NCBI GenBank assembly: GCA_965218095.1
Contig: OZ244587.1
Coordinates: 5,120,001-5,184,000, forward strand
DNA length: 64,000 nucleotides
Origin: Candidatus Poribacteria bacterium
GTDB lineage: Bacteria; Poribacteria; WGA-4E; PCPOR2b
Reading direction: 5' to 3'
In this document: in pieces, positions 50,918 to 61,687 of the stretch
Layout: each line of letters starts with the position of its first letter
Position numbering within the stretch: the first letter of the stretch is position 1
Notes under the pieces: generated by a model
Seen by the model: only the letters and a program-made list of their open reading frames with translations
The model's database searches: none
Told to the model about the DNA's origin: nothing
Position numbers and translations under genes: made by a program

Positions 50918-51238
50918 ATGAAACACAACAAATTGGTTAGGGACAAGATCCCCAGCATCATTAAGAAACATGGTGATAAATCTATCACCCAGATATTGAG
51001 TCCCGATGCATACCGAAGGGAACTGTGGAGAAAGTTGGGTGAAGAAGTCGCTGAATTTGGAGTGTCAAACCAAATCGAAGAGTTAGCGGACATTCTTGAA
51101 GTGGTCTACGCCTTAGCCGCTGTCGAAGGTGTTAGTCAATCCCAGCTTGAAGAGATGAGAAGGAAAAAACGAGAGGAAAGAGGCGGATTTGACCGGCGAA
51201 TCTTCCTTGTTGAAACGAATTCAGCAGATAAGCCATAA
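50918..51238 (+). CDS. MazG-like NTP pyrophosphohydrolase
   Basis: KLVRDKIP, EEVAE, EELADILEV, RGGF. Confidence 0.88.
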   Translation: MKHNKLVRDKIPSIIKKHGDKSITQILSPDAYRRELWRKLGEEVAEFGVSNQIEELADILEVVYALAAVEGVSQSQLEEMRRKKREERGGFDRRIFLVETNSADKP

Positions 51239-51266
51239 TCCTTTGATTCAAGGAGAACAGAAAGTC

Positions 51267-52004
51267 GTGAAAATCGTAGGAATTATCCCCGCACGTTACG
51301 CATCAAGTCGATTTGAGGGAAAGGCGTTGGTGGACATTTTGGGAAAACCGATGGTGCAGCGTGTCTATGAGCGAGCCTCCCGCGCTAAAACGCTTGATGA
51401 GGTCATTGTTGCAACCGACGACCAGCGCATCTACGATGCGGTCGCCGGATTCGGCGGGAAAGCCGTCATGACATCGCCGGACTGCTCCACGGGGACCGAA
51501 AGGGTGGCGGCGGTCGCGGAAACGCTGGATTGCGATGTCGTTGCCAATATTCAGGGCGATGAACCGTTGCTGGAGCCGGTGGTCCTCGATCAGATGATTC
51601 AACCGTTCCTTGATGATCCGGACGTGCAAATCAGCACACTGAAACAGCGCGTCGATAATGAAGCGGATTATCAAGACCCTAACGTCGTGAAGGTTGCGAC
51701 CGATCTTGAGGGCTTCGCGCTGTATTTTTCGAGGGGGTCAATTCCCGGTAATCTCGCAAATGACTGGATTCCAGCCAACCCAATCTATCGGCATGTCGGG
51801 TTGTACGCCTACCGCAGAGAACGGCTGCTTGCGTTCACCCAATGGGAGCGGACGCCGCATGAGATCGCCGAAGGGTTGGAGCAGTTGCGTTTCCTCGAAC
51901 ACGGCGTTCGCATCTGCGTTGTTGAAACAGAGCATTTGTTGATTGGCGTCGATGTGCCGGCAGATTTGGAGCGCGTGCTTGAAATCTTGAGATCGCGGCA
52001 GTAG
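51267..52004 (+). CDS. kdsB: Kdo cytidylyltransferase
   Basis: IPARYASSRFEGK, GTER, NIQGDEP, EGLEQLR. Confidence 0.96.
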   Translation: MKIVGIIPARYASSRFEGKALVDILGKPMVQRVYERASRAKTLDEVIVATDDQRIYDAVAGFGGKAVMTSPDCSTGTERVAAVAETLDCDVVANIQGDEPLLEPVVLDQMIQPFLDDPDVQISTLKQRVDNEADYQDPNVVKVATDLEGFALYFSRGSIPGNLANDWIPANPIYRHVGLYAYRRERLLAFTQWERTPHEIAEGLEQLRFLEHGVRICVVETEHLLIGVDVPADLERVLEILRSRQ

Positions 52005-52076
52005 ATTACGTTTTACGCATTACGAAATACGCAATGCATGGTTTGCGTATTTTTTACAGAAGGAGTTACTATTGAG

Positions 52077-53726
52077 ATGACAAAATATATATTTGTAACC
52101 GGAGGGGTAATCTCCGGCATCGGAAAGGGAATAACGACGGCATCGCTAGGCCGCTTGCTGGTCGATCGAGGATTCCGTGTAATCGTTGTCAAAATCGACC
52201 CTTACCTCAACTTAGATGCCGGTACGATGAATCCGTTTGAACATGGTGAGGTATTTGTGACGCAGGATGGCACCGAAACCGATCTCGATCTCGGTAATTA
52301 CGAGCGATTTCTGGGCCTCAATCTCAATCGAAACTCTTATATTACCTCGGGTTCGGTCTACAATGCGGTCATCGCCAAAGAACGACGCGGGGATTATTTG
52401 GGTGGGACTGTGCAGCTTATCCCGCACATCACCGATGAGATCAAGGAGCGCATCTACCAACTTGGGCGCGACAGTGATGCGGAAGTAGTCATTACGGAGA
52501 TTGGCGGGACCATTGGGGATTTTGAGACACCCCCCTTTGTAGAGGCTATCCGACAGATGGCAGTGGAGGTTGGCCGCGAAAATACGCTGTTTATCCATGT
52601 GTCGCTAATCTATACCCTTCCCAGTGGAGAAAGCAAGAGCAAACCGACTCAACATAGCATCCGTACGCTACAAGAGTATGGTATCCAACCCGATCTCCTG
52701 ATTTGCCGCACAAGCCAGCCGATGGGAGAGGGAATACGGCAGAAGATCTCGCTCCTCTGTGGGTTTCAGAAGGAGTACATCGTCGAAGGACTTGACACCG
52801 ATCTAGTTGATGAGATTCCACTGAACTTCGAGCGACAGGGCATGGCACATCTGGTGATAAAGCGACTTAGGTTGGAAGAGCGTCCACCCAATGACACTAA
52901 ATGGACAGAAATGGTTCATAAGTTGAAGCACCCAAAACACCAGATACAGATCGCAATCGTTGGTAAGTATGTACAGGGATCTGATACCTATCTCAGTGTG
53001 AAGGAAGCACTCAAGCATGGTGGAATTGCCAATGAGTCCGCTGTAAACGTCAGGTGGATAGACTCTGAGACGTTAGGAGACCATCAAAATCTGGAGGCGC
53101 AGTTCGAGGGGGTTGATGGAATTCTCGTCCCCGGTGGTTTTGGCTACCGTGGCATCGAAGGGATGATTGTTGCTGCCCGTTATGCGCGTGAAAACAAAAT
53201 CCCATTTCTGGGATTATGCCTCGGCATGCAATGCATGGTGATCGAGTTTGCGCGACACGTCGCAGATCTGAAAAACGCAAATAGTTCTGAGTTTGATGAG
53301 AAAACGCCTCATCCGGTGATCGATCTGCTGTTAGATCAACGGAAAAAGTCAGAGCTCGGCGGAACCATGCGGCTCGGTCTCTACCCCTGCGTCCTCGAAG
53401 AAAACACAAACAGCCATGAAGCATATCAGCAGCCAATCATCTTAGAACGGCATCGTCATCGATATGAGTTAAATAACCGTTATCGGGATGGACTCGAATC
53501 GGATGGATTGTGTTTTAGCGGCTTATCACCCGATAAGAGTCTGGTTGAAGTCGCTGAAGTTGTTGATCACCCCTGGATGGTCGGTTCGCAGTTCCACCCC
53601 GAATTTCAGTCCAAACCCCTTGAACCGCACCCACTGTTCCGTAATTTTATTCAAGCTGCTTTGCGCTATCAACAGCAGCAATCTGATGGAGAGAATAGTC
53701 ATGCCGATTCCGGATCATCTGAGTGA
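52077..53726 (+). CDS. pyrG: CTP synthase
   Basis: TGGVISGIGKG, GLCLGMQ, RHRHRYE, QFHPE. Confidence 0.98.
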   Translation: MTKYIFVTGGVISGIGKGITTASLGRLLVDRGFRVIVVKIDPYLNLDAGTMNPFEHGEVFVTQDGTETDLDLGNYERFLGLNLNRNSYITSGSVYNAVIAKERRGDYLGGTVQLIPHITDEIKERIYQLGRDSDAEVVITEIGGTIGDFETPPFVEAIRQMAVEVGRENTLFIHVSLIYTLPSGESKSKPTQHSIRTLQEYGIQPDLLICRTSQPMGEGIRQKISLLCGFQKEYIVEGLDTDLVDEIPLNFERQGMAHLVIKRLRLEERPPNDTKWTEMVHKLKHPKHQIQIAIVGKYVQGSDTYLSVKEALKHGGIANESAVNVRWIDSETLGDHQNLEAQFEGVDGILVPGGFGYRGIEGMIVAARYARENKIPFLGLCLGMQCMVIEFARHVADLKNANSSEFDEKTPHPVIDLLLDQRKKSELGGTMRLGLYPCVLEENTNSHEAYQQPIILERHRHRYELNNRYRDGLESDGLCFSGLSPDKSLVEVAEVVDHPWMVGSQFHPEFQSKPLEPHPLFRNFIQAALRYQQQQSDGENSHADSGSSE

Positions 53727-53848
53727 AGAAATTGACGATATGGACGGGAAGGAAAGGAAGGAGGGGAGAAAGGGAAGGAAGTTCAGGAGTCTCATGGGTT
53801 CATTACGCATTACGTTTTACGCATCACGTTTCAGAATTGGAGGTCAAT

Positions 53849-55108
53849 ATGTCAAAAAACTATGCAAATATGTATTCACGCGCCTGGTATGGTGACGAAG
53901 AAATGACGCTGACGTTCCCTGAAGGTTGGGAAGTCACAATGATTGCTCCGGAGGACGCACCCAAATTGTCAGATGCGGGGATTGAAGCGGCATTCGGTCA
54001 ACCCATTGGCACACCACGCATCGCAGAAATGGCGCGGGGCAAGAGCAGCGCCGCCATCATCGTCGATGATCTGAGCCGTCCCACGCCCGCCGCAACGGTG
54101 ATTCCTTTTCTACTCCGCGAACTCTCACAAGCAGGCCTCCCCAAAAACGAGATTCGCTTTGTTGTCGGCGGTGGTTCACATCGCCCCCTGACTGATGAGG
54201 AGGCGGCGAAAAAAGTTGGTCCCGACGTCGCGGCGGAGTACGAAATGACAAGCCACGACTTTATGAGTGGCGATCTCCGAGCGTTGGGAAGTCTCGACAG
54301 TGGTCTGCCGATCTATATCAACCGCGTCGTTGCGGACGCCGATTTCAAGATTTGCTTGGGCGGCATCTATCCGCACGGAGCTGTGGGATTCGGCGGAGGG
54401 GCGAAGCTAATTCTGCCGGGCGTTGTGGGCTTCGCCACGATGTTCTATTTCCACAGTTTCCATCCGGGACGCGGACATGCGGTGATTGAAAGGCAGGGCG
54501 ATGAACTCGACCATCGAGATGCCTCGGAAGCCGTTGCGGAAGTGATTGGCCTGGACGTCATTGTGAACGTTGTCCTCAACAGCAGACGCGAGGTGGTTGG
54601 CCTATTCGTGGGTGATTTCGTAAAAGCGCACCGGACGGGGGCACACTTCGCTCTAGCAACCTACGGGACGAAGATTCCAGAGGAGGTGCGTCAGGCAACG
54701 GATGTGGTTGTGTTAAACTGCTATCCACTCGACTCGGATCCGATCCAGACCGGAAAGTCGTTTTGGGCAATTCAGTATTTCGATAACGCCTACACGATTG
54801 CCGTCAACCCCGCAAGCGATGGCATTTGCTATCATGGGCTTTTCGACCAGCTAGATTACGCACGTTTCCTCAAGCAGAGAGCGGAGAAGGCACCAATGGA
54901 ATTGCCCCCGCCAAAAGTCGGAACGCCAGATCAGCTCCTCGTTTGGTCGGAGCACTTTCCCGTTGATGAGTTTTACAAGAAGCACTCGAACGACATCCTC
55001 TTCCGTGAGTGGGATACACTTATCAATATGCTCGCAGAAAAGCTGCCCCAAAACGCAAAGGTGACTGCATTCCCATGTGCTGGTATTCAGGTGTTGGCGG
55101 AGGAGTAG
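53849..55108 (+). CDS. LarA/DUF2088 lactate racemase-like protein
   Basis: IVDDLSRPTP, GSHR, PH..GFGGGAKLILPG. Confidence 0.85.
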   Translation: MSKNYANMYSRAWYGDEEMTLTFPEGWEVTMIAPEDAPKLSDAGIEAAFGQPIGTPRIAEMARGKSSAAIIVDDLSRPTPAATVIPFLLRELSQAGLPKNEIRFVVGGGSHRPLTDEEAAKKVGPDVAAEYEMTSHDFMSGDLRALGSLDSGLPIYINRVVADADFKICLGGIYPHGAVGFGGGAKLILPGVVGFATMFYFHSFHPGRGHAVIERQGDELDHRDASEAVAEVIGLDVIVNVVLNSRREVVGLFVGDFVKAHRTGAHFALATYGTKIPEEVRQATDVVVLNCYPLDSDPIQTGKSFWAIQYFDNAYTIAVNPASDGICYHGLFDQLDYARFLKQRAEKAPMELPPPKVGTPDQLLVWSEHFPVDEFYKKHSNDILFREWDTLINMLAEKLPQNAKVTAFPCAGIQVLAEE

Positions 55109-55397
55109 TTAAGGCATAAAACCTATGCAAGAATGCGATTTGCCATCAAGCGGTAGAACAGGCTGCTTTGGAAAGTCCGGTTTAAGTGGCGTCAAATGCA
55201 GAGAGACATCAAACGCAAAATCACTGATCTGCTCAGAGAGCGCTGTGCTTGATTATCGGAGGATTCATCGATATGAACGAGCTAGCTGTTAATCGGTTAA
55301 AAAAGGACATTGAAAAATATGTCATTGAGAGATTGAAAGAAATCTATTGGGGGTTTCCAGCTTCGGCTGCCTTCGTAAAAAAAGGGATGGAGAACTG

Positions 55398-55934
55398 ATG
55401 CCCACTACTAATCATGTTTCACGTTTTACGTTTCACGTTTCACGCCTCAACACCCTCCTCGGACATATCGAAACAGCATTACTATGCCTCATCATTTTGT
55501 TGGTGATTGGCATGGCACTCTTGAAGATTGTTCTACGTTACCTTTTTCACACAGGCATCCTGTGGAATGACGTGATGCTTCAGCACTTCACGCTGTGGTT
55601 AGCGTTTTTGGGCGCGGCGCTTGCCACCTGTGAAAAACGCCATATCAGCATTGATGTTCTCATGCGCCTTTTGCCACCCCGCTTCGTTCAACTCGCCACC
55701 ATCGTCATTGACGCAATCAGCCTTGCTGTCGTTAGCATTCTTGCTAATGCCAGCATCGAATTTTTACGCGACGAGCAGGTGAGCGAGGCCACGTTGGTCG
55801 GGAGCGTACCGCTATGGTGGGCGAAGATCATTATTCCGCTTGGGTTCATCCTGATAGTCTTTCATTTTGTGATTCACATTGTAATGGGTATCGTCAGCCA
55901 GATTAAAGGAGAAGCGACATCGTGGGAGCGTTGA
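55398..55934 (+). CDS. dctQ: TRAP transporter small permease
   Basis: 4 TM; LWLAFLGA..HISID. Confidence 0.88.
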   Translation: MPTTNHVSRFTFHVSRLNTLLGHIETALLCLIILLVIGMALLKIVLRYLFHTGILWNDVMLQHFTLWLAFLGAALATCEKRHISIDVLMRLLPPRFVQLATIVIDAISLAVVSILANASIEFLRDEQVSEATLVGSVPLWWAKIIIPLGFILIVFHFVIHIVMGIVSQIKGEATSWER

Positions 55935-57214
55935 TCGGTTTGGGCTTGATTATATTCGCACTCTTTGGAGGAGCGTTGTTTGTCCTGCTCGGTGCGGCGG
56001 CGATCATCGGTTACGCCACCGCCGGCGATCCGGTTTCGAGCATTATCATCGATCTAAATCGCCTGACGAAAAACCCGACAATCATGATCATCCCGCTGTT
56101 CACCTTCGCGGGATATGTGATGGCGGAAAGCCGAGCTCCCAAACGCCTTATTGTTCTTGCACAGACAGGCGTTGGCTGGCTGCCGGGCGGTATTGCCATG
56201 GTTGTGTTAGTGACATGCGCGTTCTTTACAACGTTCACCGGCGCTTCAGGTGTGACGATCATCGCGCTAGGTGGCTTGCTCTACCCAATCCTCCGTCAGA
56301 GCTACAATGAGCGATTCTCACTCGGCTTAATCACAGCATCGGGCAGCCTCGGACTCCTTTTTCCACCAAGTATTCCGCTCATCCTCTACGCGATCATTGC
56401 ACAAACGCCGATTGATCAGATGTTCATCGCAGGGATTATCCCCGGCTTTCTCCTGATGCTGATTCTTGCGGGTTACTGCTCTGGATGGAGCGCCTTCAAA
56501 CGAATTGAACACACGCCTTTTGATTTTAAGGCGTTTTGGCGGGCGTTGTGGGACGCGAAGTGGGAAGCAATTTTACCGTTCATTGTGTTTGCTTGCATTA
56601 TATCGGGCGTCGTGACAATCGATGAAGCGGCGGCATTGACGGCGATCTATCTGCTGATTGTCGAAGTCCTCATTCATCATGACATCAGCGTGAGAGACCT
56701 GCCGAAGATCGTGCGAGAAAGCATGCTGCTCGTCGGCGCGATTTTGATCATTCTCGGGGTTGCACTCGGATTGACGAACTACCTCGTCACAATCGAACTG
56801 CCGATGATCGTGCTTGACTGGATTCAAGCGCACGCGCAAAACAAAATCATCACCCTGATCGGATTAAATATCTTCTTGTTAGCTGTCGGTTGCTTGATGG
56901 ATATCTTCTCGGCGATCATTGTTGTCGTTCCGCTGCTGATTCCGATTGCAGAGGAATTCGGTATTGACAAAGCGCATCTCGGCGTGATCGTTTTGACCAA
57001 CCTTGAAATTGGCTACTTAACCCCGCCTGTCGGTATGAACCTCTTTATCTCAAGCCTTAAGTTTGATAAATCTGTCGTTTCGCTATATCGGTCTGTGCTC
57101 CTTTTCATTGGGCTGTTGCTAATCGCACTTCTGTTAATCACTTACATTCCAGAACTCAGTCTCTGGTTACCACGCTTGTTGAGGAAAACGTCTACACCTC
57201 TGCTGTTGGAGTAG
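55922..57214 (+). CDS. dctM: TRAP transporter large permease
   Basis: IPLF, LGLLFPPSIP, GYLTPPVGMNLF. Confidence 0.92.
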   Translation: MGALIGLGLIIFALFGGALFVLLGAAAIIGYATAGDPVSSIIIDLNRLTKNPTIMIIPLFTFAGYVMAESRAPKRLIVLAQTGVGWLPGGIAMVVLVTCAFFTTFTGASGVTIIALGGLLYPILRQSYNERFSLGLITASGSLGLLFPPSIPLILYAIIAQTPIDQMFIAGIIPGFLLMLILAGYCSGWSAFKRIEHTPFDFKAFWRALWDAKWEAILPFIVFACIISGVVTIDEAAALTAIYLLIVEVLIHHDISVRDLPKIVRESMLLVGAILIILGVALGLTNYLVTIELPMIVLDWIQAHAQNKIITLIGLNIFLLAVGCLMDIFSAIIVVVPLLIPIAEEFGIDKAHLGVIVLTNLEIGYLTPPVGMNLFISSLKFDKSVVSLYRSVLLFIGLLLIALLLITYIPELSLWLPRLLRKTSTPLLLE

Positions 57215-57411
57215 AGTATGGTCGCGCATATCTTCCGACCCCGATAGACGGGATGCCAGCAGCTACGCCCAAGCTGCGCTCAACTTGCGTGGGGAGATGT
57301 AGTGTGGGGTTGGTTGCTTAGCAAATCGGTTCATTCCGATGATCGTGCTATATCCCATCCGAGCACCCTTCCTCCTGCTAAAGAGCATGAAGTCGTCAAA
57401 GTGAGGGTAAA

Positions 57412-58596
57412 ATGACATCGAAATCGAAACCAGCCGGCTGGTCAACCAAAGCTATCCACGCCGGCGAAGCAACCCTTCCCAAAACAGGACCACTCATCCC
57501 GCCCATTTACCAGAACAGCACTTTCCGATTCGATACAGCAGGGGCATGCGTCACCGCATTCACAGACGAAGATTCGGGCTACGTCTATACCCGCTGGGGC
57601 AACCCCACCCAAACCGTGTTGCAGGAAAAAATCGCAGCGTTGGAGGGCGGTGAAGCGGCGCTCGCAACGGCGTCAGGAATGGCAGCTATGAGCACCGCGT
57701 TGTTGACGCTGCTTGCATCTGGCGATCATGTCGTGGCGATGGATTCGCTCTACTCCGCTGCGTACAATATCTTTAACGAGGATCTGCGTCGCATGGGCAT
57801 CGAAACGACGTTTGTGGATGCAACTGACGTGAGTAAAATCGAGCGGGCGATTCAACCGAATACCAAAGTTATCTATATCGAAAGCCCCACCAACCCAACG
57901 CTGAAGTTAGTTGACATCGCCGCTTGCGCGGAGATCGCGACGGCGCACGAGGTCACCTCCATGATTGATAACACCTTTGCGACGCCGTGTGGACAGCAGC
58001 CGATTGCGCTTGGGATTGATGTCGCCGTCCACAGTATGACCAAGTATCTCAGCGGAAACGGTACGGTTGTCGCGGGCGTCATCGTTGGATCGAAGAGGTT
58101 CATTGATCGCGCAAAGAAAAGGACGTTGCGAAACTTTGGTGGCGTAATCAGTCCATTCAACGCATGGCTGACGCTGCACGGCGTCGCTACATTGCCGTTG
58201 CGGTTCGAGCGTCACTGCGCCAACGCCCGCGTGATCTCAGAGTTTCTGGAAAGCCATCCGGCGGCTGAATGGGTGTGCTACCCCGGTCTGCCAAGTCACC
58301 CACAGCACGCGCTCGCCAAACGTCAGATGAACGACTTCGGCGGGATGATTTCGTTTGAGCTCAAAGGTGGGTTAGAGGCGGGAGAACGGCTGGTGAATCG
58401 GATCGAGATCTGCTCCCTAGCCGTGAGCTTGGGCGATGTGCGGACGTTGATCTGCCACCCCGCTTCGACAACGCACTCGGAGGTTTCACCGGAAGCCCGA
58501 AGACGCGCCGGAATCACTGATGGGCTTGTCCGGGTGTCCGTGGGCTTGGAGGATGCAGTGGATATTATTGCAGACGTCGATCAGGCGTTAGCGTAA
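57412..58596 (+). CDS. PLP-dependent trans-sulfuration enzyme (Met gamma-lyase/cystathionine gamma-synthase family)
   Basis: YTRWGNPT, SGMAA, ESPTNP, DNTF, SMTKY, HPASTTH, RVSVGLE. Confidence 0.92.
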   Translation: MTSKSKPAGWSTKAIHAGEATLPKTGPLIPPIYQNSTFRFDTAGACVTAFTDEDSGYVYTRWGNPTQTVLQEKIAALEGGEAALATASGMAAMSTALLTLLASGDHVVAMDSLYSAAYNIFNEDLRRMGIETTFVDATDVSKIERAIQPNTKVIYIESPTNPTLKLVDIAACAEIATAHEVTSMIDNTFATPCGQQPIALGIDVAVHSMTKYLSGNGTVVAGVIVGSKRFIDRAKKRTLRNFGGVISPFNAWLTLHGVATLPLRFERHCANARVISEFLESHPAAEWVCYPGLPSHPQHALAKRQMNDFGGMISFELKGGLEAGERLVNRIEICSLAVSLGDVRTLICHPASTTHSEVSPEARRRAGITDGLVRVSVGLEDAVDIIADVDQALA

Positions 58597-58791
58597 GAGC
58601 ATGCGTGAGAAGTCAAACGAAGGATTCGTTTCACGTTTTACGCAATACACAGTACGCAATAGCTTTTCCCACCGGCATCGCGGCTTCCTGAATTACTTCA
58701 ACAGATACGATCCCGGGATAAACTGTATCCTCCCCTCGAAGGAGGAAAACGCAGAGGGATGGTCTGGGGAGCAAGAGTTTCTGTAGACGTG

Positions 58792-60426
58792 CTAGAATGA
58801 TTTTGAGAACGCCCCTTCTTCCCGCGTAATGACTTCAAGAAGCGCAGGTTTCCCGGACTCCATCTCCGTCTGAGCACGGTGGATGGCAGGGATAATGTCC
58901 GCTGGATTCTCGACTTTCTCGCTATAGCCCCCCAACCCCTCGGCGACCTTCACATAATCTCCAGAGAGGAACTTTGTCCGGAAGCGTTCTGTTGCGACGG
59001 GCATGTGTTTCTCGTAGCCGCCGAGGGCGGAGTTGTTGAGGATAATCGTCAGGATGGGAATGCGCTCTCGCGCAGCGGTTTCAAAGTCCATTCCCGCCAT
59101 ACCGAAGGCGGCATCTCCCATGATGTTGACGGCGAGTTTTTCTGGCGCAGCCAGCTTCGCCCCCATGATCAATCCAAGCCCATATCCCAACTGTGTGGAC
59201 TTGCCCCAACCGATGTATCCACGTGGCGTAATCGCTTCGTAGAAGGGGAGCATCTGGTCGCGTGGATTCCCCGAATCGTGGGTGGCGATTGTCTGCGTCC
59301 GATCGACCGCCTGCGTCAAGTCCCAGATAACCCGATAAGGATTGATCGGAATTTCGTCCGAGGTCAACTTCGGCATCCACTCTGCCAGCCATTTTTCCTT
59401 CACAGCTTTGATTTCCTGCATGACTGCGCCCCTGCTTCGTTCGCTTCCACCAAGCTGTTTCTTCGCTTCATCTATCAGTTGCCTGAGAACGATCTTAGCA
59501 TCGCCGATAATCGCGTAATCAGCGGCGTAATCTTTGTTGATGTCAAGTCCGTCGATCGAGTTGTGGGCCATCAGCTTTCCGTTGGAGATGGGGGTGGACA
59601 TCACCGACTTTGAAAAACTGCACCCAAGCCCAAAAACGAGGTCAGCTTTCTCAAAAAAATACTTGACCATTCCGGTACCGGTATGTCCGCCCACCCCGAT
59701 CGACAGTGGATGATTTTCAGGGAACGCGCTTTTGCCAGCCATCGTTGTCATCACTGGGACCTGCACCAACTCGGCAAATTCGAGCAATTCATCCGTCGCA
59801 CATGCATAAAGGACACCCTGTCCCGCGTGGAGGATTGGACATTCCACATCAAGTAGGGCTTTCACCGAGGCTTCGATGTCGCTGGGGTTACCGGCTGATT
59901 TAGTTCGCTCGGGCGGTTTGTAGTCGAAGTTGTCGTCAATCTCTTCATCGGAGACATCGGTCGGGATTTCGAGCATCACCGGTCCTGGGTGTCCCGTTCG
60001 AAGCAGGCTAAATGCCCGGCGCATCATGTCTGGAATTCGATCTGCGAAGTTAACCTGCGCGAGCCATTTTGTGACACCGCCGTAGTTTTTGACCGCCTCG
60101 AAATGCGTGGGAATCCCGTGGGTGCGACGAGCGACCCCGCCGGGTAGCATCAGAATTGGAACGGAGTCCGAAAACGCTTGCGCGACCCCTCCGAAAGCGT
60201 TTTCGCTGCCGGGCCCCGACTGTACACATGCGACACCCAATCGTTCTCCATTGGAGATGCGGCTGAAACCATCTGCCATATTGATCAGTGTCCGTTCCGT
60301 GCGAGTCATGATGGGTCGGATGCCGACGCTCGCACAAGCGTCAATGAGGCTGTTGGCTGGAAAGCAAAATAGATACTCAACGCCTTCGGTCTTCAAAATT
60401 TTTGCAACTGCGTCAATGCCTTGCAT
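58792..60426 (-). CDS. ThDP-dependent enzyme (acetolactate synthase-like)
   Basis: RTER..MADG, GPG, GDAA..NN motif. Confidence 0.9.
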   Translation of the reverse strand: MQGIDAVAKILKTEGVEYLFCFPANSLIDACASVGIRPIMTRTERTLINMADGFSRISNGERLGVACVQSGPGSENAFGGVAQAFSDSVPILMLPGGVARRTHGIPTHFEAVKNYGGVTKWLAQVNFADRIPDMMRRAFSLLRTGHPGPVMLEIPTDVSDEEIDDNFDYKPPERTKSAGNPSDIEASVKALLDVECPILHAGQGVLYACATDELLEFAELVQVPVMTTMAGKSAFPENHPLSIGVGGHTGTGMVKYFFEKADLVFGLGCSFSKSVMSTPISNGKLMAHNSIDGLDINKDYAADYAIIGDAKIVLRQLIDEAKKQLGGSERSRGAVMQEIKAVKEKWLAEWMPKLTSDEIPINPYRVIWDLTQAVDRTQTIATHDSGNPRDQMLPFYEAITPRGYIGWGKSTQLGYGLGLIMGAKLAAPEKLAVNIMGDAAFGMAGMDFETAARERIPILTIILNNSALGGYEKHMPVATERFRTKFLSGDYVKVAEGLGGYSEKVENPADIIPAIHRAQTEMESGKPALLEVITREEGAFSKSF

Positions 60427-60747
60427 AGATAATCTCCTTGTGTAATCTGTTGCAGGTTTGCTCATTAACAAAACTGTTGTGAAATGCTCCTTAACGATTT
60501 CAGTGTCCGTGACTTCGTCTTCAAGGCATTGTACGCCATAGTGTATTATCACGTCAAGCCTAAAATTCCATTCAACGAGACGCTAGGTTTGGAATGCGCA
60601 CCCAACAAAAAAGCCCCATGCAACCGAAGTGTTGATCTGCGAATTTGTGAGGTTGACTTGGAGCATGTCGTATGATACACCGATTGAAAGCAGCGAGACA
60701 AAGGTTTATTCATGAAAGCGAGAAACAGGTATCACAGGAGCGAACAA

Positions 60748-61590
60748 ATGGACAAAGTGAAAATCGCGTTGATCGGCACAGGGAATCGGGGAACAAGTAC
60801 CTATACCCGATTATTTCCAAGCTCAAAGATGACCTTGAGCTGATTGCTGTCTGCGATCCACGGGAAGAAGCAGTCAAAGCGCAGGGCAGGAAATACGATG
60901 TGTCTGCATACAAGGATACAGCCGAGATGTTGGAGAAAACCAGGCCAGATATCTGTGCAATCGTGATCACGCCGAGCAATAACCACATCGTGGGGTTGCT
61001 GTGTTCAGAGCATGACGTCAGTTACTGCACGGAAACACCGATCGACACCGATTCCGGGTAGTCAGACAAGATGATCCAGTCCGCGAAGCAGCACGGTACC
61101 AAGCTCGAAGTCAACGAAAACTACTATCGGGCGCCATCGGAACGGATCAAAAGGGAGATGATCCTCGCCGGTGTGTTTGGAAAAGTCAACGCTGCCTACA
61201 ACGAATTTCGTGGACACGGTTATCACAGAATCGGCTTAATCCACATGTTGGCTTCGACAATGAACCGGTTCGAGTCTTCGGCTTCCGCAAGAGTCACTAG
61301 GTACAGAAGCACGTCTAGCGCAAAGGTCAGCTGAAGCGCGGCACTGAGGATTGGCAGCACGGCGTCCTCAACTTCAGCAACTTATCTTACGGTTCACCGC
61401 TTCGAGGCTTCAACGGCGCCAAGTTCTACGCTGAACGGAGCATGTGTTCCCGGAGGAAGCCGTTATCTTGAACGATACCACTGACGGACAGCGTACAATG
61501 GTCGCAAAGATCGGGAGATCGATGTCGCGATCGGGGTCGAATGATGGGGAGCCGGTCACGTTTCCATTTGAATACGAAAAGCGGTAGCGA
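60748..61590 (+). pseudogene. Gfo/Idh/MocA oxidoreductase, multiply disrupted
   Basis: MDKVKIALIGTGNRG, then other frames AVCD..CTETP-stop..ENYYR; 3' end approximate. Confidence 0.75.
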
Positions 61591-61687
61591 AGAGAGATGC
61601 GTATTGCGTAAGAGGTAAAAGTAGTCACTAACAGTGACCTATTCAGCCATAAGAAGCGGAGCGATGGATAAACTATCTATCTTGCCT

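Noticed and set aside
57215-57411. SAM riboswitch upstream of the trans-sulfuration gene
   Set aside because: No SAM-I or SAM-II consensus recognisable
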